DNA of 64,000 nucleotides. It comes from Vicugna vicugna (lineage: Eukaryota). The notes under the pieces are model-generated. The model was given only the letters and a program-made list of their open reading frames with translations. It was not told the DNA's origin and did no database searches. Location of the stretch: NCBI GenBank assembly GCA_013265495.1, contig MU057887.1:1377985-1441984 (forward strand). Direction: 5' to 3'. The position numbers were made by a program, and so were the translations under genes. How positions within the stretch are numbered: the stretch's first letter is position 1; the number at the start of each line of letters is the position of its first letter. This document shows, piece after piece, positions 11,776 through 24,704 of the stretch.

Positions 11776-12913
11776 GTTTTAATTTAGTATACAGTTCTTA
11801 CAAGAAAGACCATTTTAATGAAATAAATGTTCTCAGATGTGCTCACCGTCAAGATTGACTTTCATCTTTCCCTTTCGAGGGGTTTGCATTCAAAATGAAT
11901 TTGGGCTTCTCCTTACGCCCAAGCATCCTGCTTGGAGTCAGTTGCTTGCTCTGAGTCGTCCTGAACCCGGGGACAATCCCCACCCCTGTCCTACCATGCA
12001 CCCCTCATCACGACTGCCAGTCTCGTCCCTACACCGAAGATCAGGTTCACCCGAGCAAGCCAATAGCCTCGCTCCATAATGCATGAAGCACCACAACCCC
12101 TGCGGACGAGGGCCCAGGGCCCAGTCTCCTGGTCACTGGCTGCAAATGCAGAGCCCCACGTGGGAAACCAGGAAAGGCCCCCATGCCCCGAAAAGTCATT
12201 CTTAACTGCAAAACAGGAGCTCCCAGGAGCCGAGATCCCCTCAGTCCCACGGCCTCACCCATGCCCCCACCACTGCGTGCCTGTTCCACCCAGGCTGGGG
12301 GCTGGGAGTGAGGGGACACTGCCTGCCCGGGGGCCCCAGCCCGCAGGGCCGGAGCCACAGACCCTCGGTTGGGGGTAAGTCCCCCAGAAAAGCCCCCCAG
12401 CCTCCAAGGCTTACACAGGGCTTGTCTGCAGTGCAGCTGTGCTGAGAGCACAGGGCCTGGAGGATGGGGTGAGGCCCGCAGGGCCCCTCGCTGCCTGAAC
12501 CCTCAGAGCCCTGGGTGTGGGAGCCTCAACACGCCCCCATCCTGCCGATGAGGACACTGAGGCCCAGCACAAGGTACAAGAATATCATTTTTTGTTTGTT
12601 TGAAAAAAAGAGAGATTCCTTAAAGATAAGGGAAATGGAGGGAAAAACAGTGCCTGGGTGGGGGAGACCCCGAGCTGCGCTGTCCAGGAGCGTCAGTGCA
12701 GCACATGGAGAGGAGGGTGGGGACCGCTCAGCCCAGAAGAGGCCCCAGCAGAGGCGCAGGAAGTACCGAGACTCCACGGGCTGGGGCCAGATGAGGGTGA
12801 CAGGCATGCCCCTGGTCACGGCTGTGAACGAGAAGGGGCAGCGAACACCCTGGCCTCACTGCGTGCAGGACTGGCGGGGGAGCAGGGCGCAGCCCGGGGA
12901 AGGGAAGAGCCTG

Positions 12914-13070
12914 AGTGTGCGTGTGTGTGTGTGTGATGTGTGCCCGTGGTATACGTGTGGTGTTGCAGTGTGTGTGTGTGATATGTGCGTGTGCATGGTG
13001 TGCAATGTGTGCATGTGGTATACGTGTGTTGTATGTGGTATATGTGTGGTGTGTGTGCACGTGTGTGTGA
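12914..13070. repeat. Imperfect (TG)n simple repeat
   Basis: gtgtgtgtgt... interrupted by gtggtatacgtgtg units. Confidence 0.9.
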
Positions 13071-14167
13071 CAGTTGCAGCAGGTCTGGGAGAGGACGGGC
13101 AGGGTGGGGGAACCCGGTTCCTGCCCAGAGGAGCTCCAGACGGTCCCGGGGCTGCTCCAGGACCAGGACGAGAGAGACGGGGCTGGGGACCGGCGGGCCG
13201 AGCCCCCAGCCCTGGAGGAGGGCAGGGACGGGCCCCAGGACGGGAAGGACACATAGAGGTTTGACGACTTCAGTTTCTCAAGAAATAGAGAGACAACTAA
13301 CTGCCTTCTGGCCCTAAGAAATAGCTCAGGGCTTTGAACTTGAAAAACTAGAATCTCCGGTGGCTGCCATCCACCAGTGAGGCTCGTTTCAGTGGCAGAA
13401 GGAGCGTGAGATGAGACAAAGGCTGGGTCTCTGCAAAGACTAAACACTGAGAAAATCGGTCCATCCGCCCTTCCACCTGCAGGGCCTCAGCATCCCCTCC
13501 CAGCAACCCCACAGCCCGAGGAGGCTCGGGTCCAGGGGCGATGAGCTAGTCCCCTGAAGCCCTGAGCTGTGCACCTGGCAGGTGGGGCTGTGACTCTGAT
13601 CCCCTGCTGTTAACCAGCCTCTTGAGACCAGGCCTCGTCTGCCCACCCCTCGCCCCCTCCACAAGGGGTTAAGCCTCCTCCCTCAAGGGGTTAAGGCTGC
13701 TACCAAAGGCCTCTGAGAGGCCAGACACCTGCCCGCCAACCCCCCCACCAGGGGAGGGGAAGCCAGAAGCCCAGACCCCCGCAGGCTTGTCCTGGGCTGG
13801 GCCTTCGGGGTGACTTCATTACTGCCATTGAAGCAAATTCCCAGAACACCGGACACACCCGTTTTTTAAATATAAATTTAAAATGCATTCCAGCAGCAAA
13901 AAAAAAACCTATTCCTGCTTATCCACGGCTCCTGGCTGTTAAGAACAGAGTCACCCACACACCTGAGGGGTTGAAACCTGGCTAACCTGAATAATCAGTG
14001 TGCTTTCTAAACTCCTGGTGCAGGCACACGGCCCGGCCCAGCCCAGCCCAGCCCGGGGCCACACATGGGGGCCCCTCTTCCAGAAAAGGGGTGCTCTTCC
14101 CACCCACCCTCCCTTCCTGCCTATTATGGGGGTGGGGGACAGAAAAAAACTAACCATTTGGTCAGCT

Positions 14168-14540
14168 AAATGACCGTCCCTAAAAGACACATCCGCCTCT
14201 AATTCCCGGAACCTGGGAATACCGCCTCCCACGGCAAACGGTGTGCCTGCATGAAGGAGCCTGAGACCAGAGACAATCCTCATCATCCGGGCGGGCCCTC
14301 CGCGACCGAGTGAATCCTTACCAAAGAGCGGCGGCTGGAGTTTAGAAACCACTCGAGGACGGGGGCAGAGACGATGTGGTCATGAGCCCAGGGGGCCCAA
14401 GGGAGACCCCCCAGGTCCCCCCGAGCCTCCAGAGGAAGCGTGACCAGGCCAACACCTTGATCTCAGGACTCTGGCCTCTGAAACTGTGACAGCGTGACTC
14501 CCAGTCTGCGGTCTCCTGTGACGGGAAACCACTACAAACC
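14168..14540 (+). mobile_element. MaLR LTR (MLT1D-like), degenerate
   Basis: ccctaaagacacatcc...aattcccggaacctg...cccccgagcctccagaggaagc...ccaacaccttgatctcaggactctggcctctgaaactgtga. Confidence 0.65.
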
Positions 14541-16271
14541 CCAAACACACCACAGAAACTGGGCAGACTCAGCAGCAACCACTTCCTGGGGACGGTCCCC
14601 GGACAGCGGCGCCTCGGCCCCTCTCAGTGTCTCCCGGGCCTCAGTGGACCTGGGGACCCTGAAGAGAAAGCACCCTCTGTCCCCCAGCCCTTCGTGGTGC
14701 CCCGGGGGCAGCGGCTGAGGACCGGGGCACCACGTGAACATATGCGCGTGGACGCCCAAGTCCTGGCTGCCAAAGCCGGTGGGGGCCCCGCAGAGGGCCC
14801 GACACCTGCACGCGGGCTGCCGGGGGCACGGTGCACCCGGTGACCGGGGGGGGGGCAACTCAGCTGGCCCAGAACCCCATCTGGGCCCCTCAACAAGGTG
14901 CTTCCAAGGCCCCGGAAGTGAAGGCAGGGCGCTTCTGAGCCAGGGACGTAGCAGCTCAGGAGGTGTCTGGGATGAAGGACGAGGCAGAGCCTGGCGGAGG
15001 GTCCAGTCCCTGGCAACCTGGGACAAAGCCACTGTCCCCCGGGGCCTGCTGGGAGGCAGGTTCCGGCTGCCCTGGGGCCCGACATGGGGCTGTCCAGGGC
15101 TCCCCTCGTGCCCTGCTGTGCCTGTCGGTGCCTCTCCCCACAGACCATGACGGGGCGCGGCACACAGGCTGGAAACTGCCTCTTCCAGGGAGGTCCCGGC
15201 TTTGGAAGGGGTCACCCCAGAGCCCCTCGGATGGCCAGCTTTTCAGCCGGGGCATCTATCCTATGACGTCCCAAGAACCAGCTCCAGGAGGACGTCTCAG
15301 ACACAAGACTGATTAAGCTCTAGGACACGGGGACATCTGAGGGCGGGAGCCCAGGAGGGCCAGGGAAGGTCTCCTAGAGAAGGCGAGCTTGTGGGGGTGC
15401 GCAGGTGGGGTGGGAGACGCCCCGCGCCCCGGGGGAGAGGGAGGCACAGGGCCTGGCCCCAGGCGAGCGCCCCTGGGTGGCGCTGGAGAAGCCTGGAGGC
15501 CGGGCTGAGGGTCTGGGCAGGCGCCCGCGGACCGCGGGGAAGAACCCGTCGGTGGAAAGCAGACCTGCAGCTGCGCGCGGCGAGGCCGGAAAGGGGTGTT
15601 CCCGGCGCTTCATCAGTTTGAAGGGAACCCTTGCCAACTCTCAAATAGCGACGTGTCCAAACGCAGCCGGAATGCTAACGAAAGCCTTGATCATCCATGC
15701 AAAACCGCAGCTGAGCCCCCGACGGTTCCAATTCCCCTGCCCCGCGTCCCATGGTGCCGGGAGGAGGGACAGTTCCTTGGGGCAGATCGGTGTCCAGAGG
15801 GAAGAACCCGTGTTCTTCTTCCCCCGTGTGGGTCAGAACAGCTTCTGGATCCTTCTGCAGAAGCGGCTGCTCTCCAAACGCACAGCACTGGGTACGCACG
15901 CCTGTGGGGTGGGGGGAGGGGGCGACAAGGGCTGACCCAGGAGCCTTGTCTCCCCTCAGACAGCGGGTGTGACACCCCAGGGGGGTTCTGACAGCATGGG
16001 GCATGTCTCCCGGCTGCTTCACTGGCTGTGGTCACACATTTCAGGGTGCACCTGTGCCCCCTGCCGACTCATGCCCCGCGCCCAGCCCATCCAGCCCACG
16101 AGGAGCTGGCTGGGTGGACGTGGGGAACGCCTGCGCTCCAAAGGGAAGACAAACCTCAGGAGCCTGTCTCCTGCCCAGGACTGTCCTCTGGCCCAGCAGA
16201 CACCCGACAAGCAGGCTGACAGGAAGTGGCCGCTGTCGCCCACCGCCAGAGGCCCTGAGGCGGGTGGCACT

Positions 16272-16698
16272 GGGTCCCCCAGTACCGTATGCTCAAGTCC
16301 GAACCCCTGGCACCTGTGAATTGGTCTTATTTAGAAATAGGGTCTTGCCGATGTGATCAGGTTAAAATGAGACTACACTGGATGAAGGCAGAGCCTGTCC
16401 TTAGAAAACGAGGGAAATTTGGAAGCAGAGACAGAATGCACCCAGGGAGGAGGCCACCTGAGGACAGAGGCACAGACTGACGAGTTGCAGTGACAAGCGA
16501 AGGCGCACTTGGGACACACACATTCAGAAGCTTCGAAGCGGCGGGAAGGACTCTCCCCTCGAGTCCCTGCAAGGAGCAAGTCCCCGCCGACACCTCGGTT
16601 CTGGACTTCTGGCCTCCAGACTGGGAGGGGGTAAACTCCTGCTGTTTTAAGCCACCCAGCGTGTGGTCCGTGGTGACAGAAGCCCCAGGCAGGTAACA
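16272..16698 (+). mobile_element. MaLR solo LTR (MLT1B/C-like)
   Basis: acctgtgaattggtcttatttagaaatagggtcttgccgatgtgatcaggttaaaatgag...gacttctggcctccagactgggag...tgttttaagccacccag. Confidence 0.8.
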
Positions 16699-17511
16699 GA
16701 AGCCCTGGGACTGTCCTCTTCCCCGTCGGGCTGTTGTGTGCACCCTGACCAGGCCAGGAGGACGCCGACGGTGCTCATTAAAAGCCCCAGCTTTGGGGGA
16801 AAGAATTCCAGGGAAGAGAACAGGAGACACCTGGCTACGTGCATCCACACCCAATCTCTCTGTGAACATTTTTAATGGAAAACAAAGTCCGCCAGGCGCG
16901 CGCTAATGCCCCGGCTTTCCCACAATGTACCGGAGAAGGGCCCCATATCCCGGACCTGGAAGCGGTAGAAAGGGCCAGACGTCAAAGCCTGGAGAGGTGC
17001 TAACGAGAAGGAACCTGGCGCAATCCTGAGAGTCTGAAAGGCACCTTTTCCTAAGAAAGGCTCCTGCTTCTGCTTTACCTGAGGCCGTAATTACAGGCTC
17101 AGTAATGGGTTTCATTTTGAATGATAATTAACTCTCTGGCTTAAGGACTAAATTCAACCTGACTACGGACTCTTCCAAGTGGAGTTTTAACCCAGTGAAC
17201 TGCAGGAAGGGGGGCAAACTCGTTTCTGCCGTGTTATGTGAACGTCATCCCACGGGATGACGGCCCAGCCCAGACGCACGGGGCACCGCCAGTCTCACAC
17301 GGGAGTGCGGGGTCCGAGCTTCACCCGGGGACGGGACTGCCACGCCCCTGGTGAGAGAGTTCAGGATCAAACTCAGAGCTGGAGGAACGCGCACGGGTAC
17401 TGGGTCAGAGACGTGCCACAATGGATGGAAAGTTTTCCCCGTGAACAGAAAAGATGACTCGATTTTTATATTGAAAGTTTCTCTCACCTTGAACCTACAC
17501 AAAGCATCCTG

Positions 17512-17589
17512 GCCCTGGGAAGTCACCACGGGCGACAGTCAGGGCCCCCAGTCCTGAGAGGTCACCACGGGGGACAGTCAGGGTCCCAG
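17512..17589. repeat. 39-bp tandem duplication (2 diverged copies)
   Basis: gccctgggaagtcaccacgggcgacagtcagggccccca / gtcctgagaggtcaccacgggggacagtcagggtcccag. Confidence 0.85.
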
Positions 17590-20500
17590 AAGGCCCTCTC
17601 ACAGGACACCTGGGACGTCCTGCTCCGGGGTAGTTAGCACCAAGCTCAAACCCAGCATCGCTGAGACTCTTCGAAGTGGCCCCTGACCCACTGATCCCCA
17701 AACCAGGCTAAATCCTGCTGAGGCGCCCCCTGACGACACAGGCCAGCAGCGTAGACGTGCAGAGCCCAGGGGCAGCCACGTCCTTCACGCACAGAGGCAG
17801 GCCCACTCGCTGGTATTCAGAACACCCTCTGAACCCAGACAAGCAGCCTGGGCTCTAAGAAGGGAGGCTCAAGAATAAACAGGACCCTCCCCTCCATCCC
17901 CTTGCCCCTCAAAGTGCAGAACGCCCCAAAGTCCAGGAGAGCCCTCCCTCCCCAGTGATGCCAAAGCTGCCGCCTCCGCAGGCATGGGCCAGGGCCGACA
18001 TCGATCCGGGGCGACAGACCACGTGCCCGCGCAGCTCTCCACACCGTGAAGACGCACGTGTGGGAGGAAGGGGAGGAGCTTCCCAGGCAGCTGCGGGCCT
18101 GGGGACGCGAAAGCACCTGCTGTGACCCACATGGCCGGTGTGCACAGCTGCAGGACAGGAAGGAACAGAGCAGTCGGAGGGGGAGCCCTGTCCCCTCCAG
18201 CTCAGTCACGGGAGCAGCGAAGGCTCTGCTCTGCGCGCAACACAGAACCGCGGACCCCGAGGAGGAGCAGACCTGTTCACCCCAACCCTGTCATCCTGCG
18301 TGGTACTTAGTATGCGCCTACTGGATGCCTGGCGCTGTGCTGATGCAAGAAGATGCTGGATGCAGAGGGGAGGGAGCAGACAGCAACGCGGCGTGCAGGG
18401 TGACAGGGTGAACGTGGGGTGTGGGGTGCATCTACCGTGAGCCCCGAGTGGGCTGAAAGGAGGGGCCAGGGCAGGGAGGCACGGTCAGGGTCTCCAGAAT
18501 CGGTGCTCAGGAGGGAGGCCCCCGGGTCCCTGACCCAGCTCTGCATCTCGGTGTCCCTGAACCGGGGGAGAGCTGTCCCCGCCTCACAGGGCTGTGGCGG
18601 GCACGGGGAAAGGGCCTGGGCAGAGCCTGGTGGACACGTGCCCCCACGTCAGGAGCAGTGATGATTCGACTCTTTAACCCGGGAGACCAAGCAGCAAGAC
18701 GCAACAGGACCAGGACCCAGAAGCGCATCCTGAGGCTCACCCGGGGTTCAACCAGCCTCGTCTCTTCCCAGAAAAGAAGAGTTTCTGCCAACCCCTCGGT
18801 TAACAGGGTGGCCGCGGAGAGAAACGCTCTCCCGGGCCACTGCTCAGTGACACTGCTTTGCATCTCTCAGCACGCTGCCCTGGGAACCCTGAGCGCCCTG
18901 CACGTGGCAGGCGTCTTTTAATAGGTGCTGTGAAGTCCATGAAACAAGAGAAAGGACCTGGTAGACAGGTGACCTGCGTTGTTCCACCCTGGAGGAGTCC
19001 ACGGGCGACAAGCCTGAGCTCGGGAGCCAGAACCCCGGGTTCCAATCCTGACTCACCCTTTGTCCGAGTCTGCGGAAGGGCGTCTCCGCCTCCACCGGCA
19101 ACTCATTCCCGTGGAGACCGTTCTCTGTGGGGGCCCCCGTGCCCGGAGGGCAGTGAGCAGCAGCCCAGGCCCCTGGCCAGCAGCAGCCCGCCCCCCGCTG
19201 TGACCACTGAACACGTCCTTGGATTCCATCAGACGTGCCGCAGAGGCAGAGCCACCCCCGTCGAGAGCCTCTGGGCTAGAAACTCTGGTGTGCGGTGCCA
19301 CGGTCTCCACCAGAGCTGCAGGGAGGACTGGGCTAACGTGTGCAGGACCACATGGAACGGTGAGCACCTCACGGGCCCGGTAAGCGTCATCCCCAGGTCA
19401 CTGTCATCCTGAGGGTCGCAGAAATAAGTGAACCACACCCAAAACGAGAGCAGAGCAGCCAACACAGAAACACAGCACCGGGGGAGTTTCCGGGGCGATG
19501 GGCGATCACTGCCCGAGGAGGTCGGGAACCTTCCAGAAACTTCCCAGAGCAGGGGCAGCACTGGGCCGGACCCTGACGGAGGGAACTGCAGAGGGATGGC
19601 AGGTGCAGCGGGGAGGAGATGGGGAAGACGTGCCGCGTCCTTGGGGAGTTTAATTCAATTCACAGACCGGAAGACTGAGGGGCCAGAAGCAAGGAAAACG
19701 GCATGAGTGCTTGTCACACACGACAGTCACTGAGGAACGTCTGCTGAGCTGAGAAACGTCCCCGTGGTGTTTCTGCCTCCCGTCCTCTGTCCCTGTTCCC
19801 TTCAGAGTGGGGTCACCTGCAGATCCCCACCACCGCTCCCTGCAGAGCACCGACACAGGGTGAGAAGGGGACATGCCAGCTCCCTGCAAGGACGGGGGTC
19901 CTGGTCCCCTGGGACTGCAGGAGCACAGGGGGCCTGGCAGGGGTACTTCTCCAGCACCCAATTCAGCAGCATTTCCTGAAATGAACTGAGACTTTCCTTC
20001 TCCCAGCTCGTCTCCGTGCGGCTACACAGCAAGCTAGGGTCCTCCGGCAGCCTTGGGCCGCCTCCAGCTTCCCGCCCGCCAGCCCGCGCTCGGCTTACCG
20101 GGGGGCGAGTAACAGAACCCCGGCGACGACAGTGCAGCTTTCACCGCGAGTAAGTGGGTTCCATTACCTCCTCCGAGAGCCCGGCTTCAAAGGAAAAAGG
20201 AAGAAAGGGAGGAAGGGAGGAAGGGGACCCAGGAGGCATAATCAGTCTGAGCCAGCCTTATCTCGGAGGGAAATACATAGGGTAATTTAGTCCCAACGAC
20301 ATTCAAATTAGTCCCCTGCCCAGCGAGACATTTCAGGTGATGACATCCTGGGCCACTCCTGGGCATAACTTCTCTAGAAACGACTCTTGTGATTAAAACG
20401 AAATTTGAGAACTCGGAAGTCCTTTCCAGCCCACGGGCGGGAGAGGATCCGGGGGTCCACGGGTCCCAGCGGGCCCTCTGCTTACCCTGCCTGGACGTGG

Positions 20501-22290
20501 CCCCCGGCTCACACCCAGTACTTCCAGAACCCGGGCCATTCCAGCCACGAGGCAAGGCTGGGCTCTGCGGTATACACCTCCCTGGGCTTCTGACCCGCCT
20601 TCAGGATGAAGCCGCCAGGTTGTGGGGGCGCTTAGGGGTCTCCCGCACCAGGTCCCCACTGCCCCATGTCTCCACCAGTGAAAGGGTCGATCACGTGGTA
20701 ACCTGGGGTGGCCACCCGACCGGCAGGGGTGGGTCTGACGTGCACACTGCCTAGGCACACAGCAGGCACGATATACTTGTAGAGTGAATCAATGACTGAT
20801 TCACTGGCTGACTCCCTGGGGTGCACCAGGCCCTTTCCCAGGGGCCGGGGCCATGGGTTCTCCACCAGAAGCAGGACTCATCCATGGAAGCACTCGCCGT
20901 CCAGGAGACGGACGGGGATACCAGCTCATCCATCTCGAGGCGGACTGACTGTGCCGGGGCTGGCAGACCCGGTCAGGCACTAGAAGAGGCCGAGATGCCA
21001 GCTTAACGCTGCAGAGTGGGCAGGGGAGGGTGGGCATACCACCAGCCCGAGCGCAGCTCCTGGACAAAACCAGGACGCCCAGGCGCGGGCTCAGGGGCCA
21101 GGGTCTCCTCTGCCTTCCGTTCCCACTCACCCCCAAGCCCCAGCGGTCAGGACTTCAGGATTAACGTTGGAGAGAGCGTGGGGAAGAGAGCTCTGGACCC
21201 TGGCAGGGCAGACAGACAGCCAGCCAGACACAGGCAGGCAGTCAAGCCTTTCTCGGCCGCAGCGGTGCCAGCAGATTATACCCAGGCTGGTGCTCAGACG
21301 CGGCAAGCCAGGGCGCACACCCGTCTCCCCGGGCTGCCTAATGCCCCCTCTCCAGGCGGCTCCTCCCCTTTGGATGCAAACCACCCGCTCAGCTCGGCTG
21401 CCTTCCTCCCGCTGCGCCCCCACCCCAGGGGGGCTCTCTTCCTGTTGATGAATGCCTGCTAATACCATAAGCCCCGGTCCTAAGCCCCATCAGCTTGTGC
21501 TGCGTCCCACACTTGCACAGACCATTTCCCCGCTGTTTACACCAAACGTTAACCAAGGACACAGCCCGTGAAAGAATCCCAAAGCTACCTCCAGGACAAG
21601 TCAGGTCCCTCCTACGCTCAGGGAACTTTCCAAAGGACAGACTGTCAGCACCGTCCACAGGACGCCTGTTTGTCACATGGGCTGGATATCTACGGAACAG
21701 GCCATCGAAGACCGAAGCCAAGAGGGCGAGAAACTTTCTCTGTAACCACTAGCTGCCTGCAGAGCGACTCAGCTTCCTGACAAATCAGGATGTCTTAGGT
21801 AAGTGTATCTTCCAGGCTGCGAAGATGAGTAATTTCCACAGTGACAAAGAGGCATAAAAAAACGAACACCGTTTCAGACCCAAGTGATGATGATTTCTGT
21901 CCCAGCTACGCTGTTTCACAACAACCAACTGAATTTGAAATCCAGAATGAACTACTTTACACTGGAAACCTCTTAAGACAAGCCCATGTCATTACACGTG
22001 CATAGATTTTTTAGGTTTTTAGGTGCCTCTCACACTATCATCTTCCTCCTACTATCTTTATGAAGAGGGTGGCTTGAGTCGCATGGGGTCAGGAGAGACC
22101 TCGGAGCTGTGGTCAGGATGCAGAACCGACACCCGGGCCTGGGGTCTGTCCTTAGACCCTGTCCCCGGGAGGGAAGTGGACAGAAGAAAGCACCGGAAAC
22201 CCTCCGACCTGTGAACTGGGAGCCTCGTGCGAAGCAGAGGTGACCCGGGGTGTCCCAACCCCTCCCCGAGCCGGGCGTGCTGACACCTAC

Positions 22291-22929
22291 CGGTGAAGTC
22301 CTCCTGGCACTCGCAGGTGTAGCCGCCCTCGCGGCTGCGGCACCGGCCGTTGGCGCCGCAGGGGCTGGAGTAGCACAGGTCGATCTCGGTCTCGCAGTAG
22401 TCGCCGGTGAAGCCGGGCGGGCACCGGCACCGCAGGCCGTTGACGGGGTGGATGGGCCGGAAGAGGACGGTCGGGGAGCTGATGAAGGGGGCCGAGCTGT
22501 CGAACTTGAGCACCGACACGCACTTCATGTAGTTCTCGCACGGCTCCCGCAGGCAGATGTTGTCGTCGAAGGGCAGCACGCGCTGGGCGGACACGGCCGT
22601 CAGCAGCGTCCGGTTCAGGTAGATCTGCTCCTGCAGGTCCTCCGAGGGGAAAAACTTGTCCTGGACGCCACCCGGGAGCAAGGCCGAGAAGGTCACGTTC
22701 AGGATGTTGGAGCTGACGTCCGTGTCATTCTGGATGTTGAAGATGAAGACGGCGTCCTTGGTGGTGGACAGCACCGTGGCCACACCTTCCACAAAGAGGG
22801 ACAGCAGCGGGGAGAGGAACTGCTCCTGCGACATGTTCTCCAGGCGGACGGTGATGCTGTTGGTCAGCATGTCGTCCGTGATGATGGTCACCCGCAGGGT
22901 GCAGAGCGCCACGACGCTGTGGATGCCGT
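22291..22929 (-). CDS. CELSR1: CELSR1 coding exon (exon 2 by homology): end of last cadherin repeat, Flamingo-box/membrane-adjacent domain, EGF-like 1 and 2
   Basis: Translation (D)GIHSVVALCTLRVTIITDDMLTNSITVRLENMSQEQFLSPLL...LPFDDNICLREPCENYMKCVSVLKFDSSAPF...CRCPPGFTGDYCETEIDLCYSSPCGANGRCRSREGGYTCECQEDFT(G) matches CELSR1 as I recognise it. Acceptor tgtctcgcag|ACGGC at 22929, donor ACCG|gtaggt at 22291; 639 nt, phase 1-1, no stops. Confidence 0.97.
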
Positions 22930-24149
22930 CTGCGAGACACAAGGGGGGTCACTCAGTGTCCGCTTGCCCGGTCCCCACTGGCCCCACCAGGAACAGCATG
23001 CCCCGCCCTGCCCCTGACCACCACCTGGACCCCACTCCCCAGACCCTGTTTGGCTCCCATCTGAGAGCACAGCTACCATCTAGTCCATCAAATGGACCCC
23101 CAACCACAGGGCAGGGCATCTCGACACCCACCGTGATCCACCCCTTCCCTGCCTAGAATCCAGTCTCACACCCGGGGCCACTGAGCCCCTGTTTTACCTC
23201 CTCTGCACCTGTTCCAGCCTCCAGGTGGCCCCGCCCACCCCCCAGCCCAGCTCAGGCCCCACAGTGCCGGGACGGTCTTGCCCAGGTTCAGCCTTGGCTC
23301 ATGCTGCGCTGGCGGCCTCTCTTCCCTCTGCTGCGTCCCACCCGTCTCTGCACACCCAGCCCAGAGGACAGGCTCAGCACGCGATGCTTCAGAGAGACGC
23401 GCGCAGGACGCTGCATCCCAGCCAACACGCGTGAACAGATCATGAAGTGAGGTGCTTAGAACTTGGGGGCCGCAAAGGGTGGAATATGTTCATTATCAAG
23501 TTGCACACACCACAGATCCTGAGCCCAGAGGAGCTGTGCGGGGACCACCACGGGGGCTCTCTGAGGAGAGCCACAGCCACTCCTGGGGGGACCATGCGTC
23601 ACAAAACTCGTCCGAACAATGGAGAAACGGGACCACCGCAGAAGTCACAATGCATTCAGGTGCAAGCCGGAGATTCTGGAAGATTCTGAGAGAGCCAGCA
23701 TCACCCCACCTGACAGGTGAGAAGACCTGAGACCCAGGGAAGCCCAGCCTCCCGCCCGAGAACACACGCTCGGCGGAGGGGCCCCGGCCTCCCCCAGTGG
23801 TAACGCCTGCCACCTAGGGGGTCAGGCACCGAGCACTCTATTACTCCTCCATCCGGTCCTCACGATAACCTGGCGGGGCTGCATTTAGAGAGAAAAGAAC
23901 ATTTGTGTGAGCTGGGTGTGGGGAGGGCACCTGGAAGGTTGGCACAGAACCCAGAGGCCGGCAAGGCAACGGCTCAGTGCTGTCTACAGCTTCTGCAGAG
24001 CAGGTCGACCCCTGAGACCATGCCTGCAGCTCACAGACAGAGGGCCGGTGGCGGGAACGGGTAAGAGGAATCAGGCAAAAGAAGAGGCCCAGCACGTTGC
24101 GGCAGAAAGCCTCAAGGATGGCCCCGCCCCAACCACAGGCCACACCCAG

Positions 24150-24650
24150 GCAACCACGAGCCTGTATTCACACTGCAGCCACAGAACTCGTCCAAAAATG
24201 TGGACTCATCAGGCCACTCCCTTGGGGCCCCCAAAGGCACCCAAGATAAAACCCATATCGCTTACCCCATTATGGTCCTGCACAGTCTGTCCTCATCACC
24301 CTCCCTATCACACACTCCTTCTCCCGGCCCCAGGGCCTTTGCACATTTCGTCTTCTGCCTGGAACACTGTCCTCCCGTCACCAGCAGCTGCTCCTTCAGC
24401 CACCCGGGTCTCAGCTGCATGTCCCTCATCAGAAGGGACCTTTCACATCCCCCCACTCAAGCTCTGCCACATCCAACTTTAATTCCCACACAGGAACAGC
24501 CACAGCCTGATTTTATTTGTTCATATCAGTCTCCCCCTCACCCTCGCCGTGAACCTGTGAGGACCAAGAACTTGTAGGTCTTGTTCCTGCTGAACCCGTC
24601 ACTTCCAGAACAGTCCCTGGCACTCAGAAGCTGCTGGATAAACATTTGGG
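24150..24650 (+). mobile_element. L2 3' fragment
   Basis: cagggcctttgcacatt...ctgcctggaacact...agaacagtccctggcactcagaagctgctggataaacatttg are typical L2 3' motifs. Confidence 0.6.
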
Positions 24651-24686
24651 TGAGGGAGGGGGAGGGGAGGGGAAAGGGGAGGCGGG

Positions 24687-24704
24687 NNNNNNNNNNNNNN
24701 NNNN
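24687..24704. other. Assembly gap (18 N) inside a G/A-rich tract
   Basis: N run; aggggaggcggg is present on both flanks. Confidence 0.98.

Larger units (their letters stand above)
4500..22290 (-). other. CELSR1: CELSR1 intron between the two exons (intron 2), GT-AG, 17,791 nt
   Basis: Bounded by gt at 22290-22289 and ag at 4501-4500 on the minus strand; the reading frame is continuous across the junction. Confidence 0.93.

Noticed and set aside
13660..13700. caaggggttaag repeated twice, resembling part of the T7 terminator (vector contamination)
   Set aside because: Only a ~10-nt match with no other vector sequence; a short local duplication.
17512..17589. CRISPR-like repeat array (also 36187-36321)
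   Set aside because: Only two adjacent copies, no unique spacers, no cas genes and a mammalian context.
22058..22942. 294-aa ORF as a stand-alone intronless gene
   Set aside because: It is exon 2 plus read-through into flanking intron; CELSR1 similarity stops exactly at the AG/GT sites.
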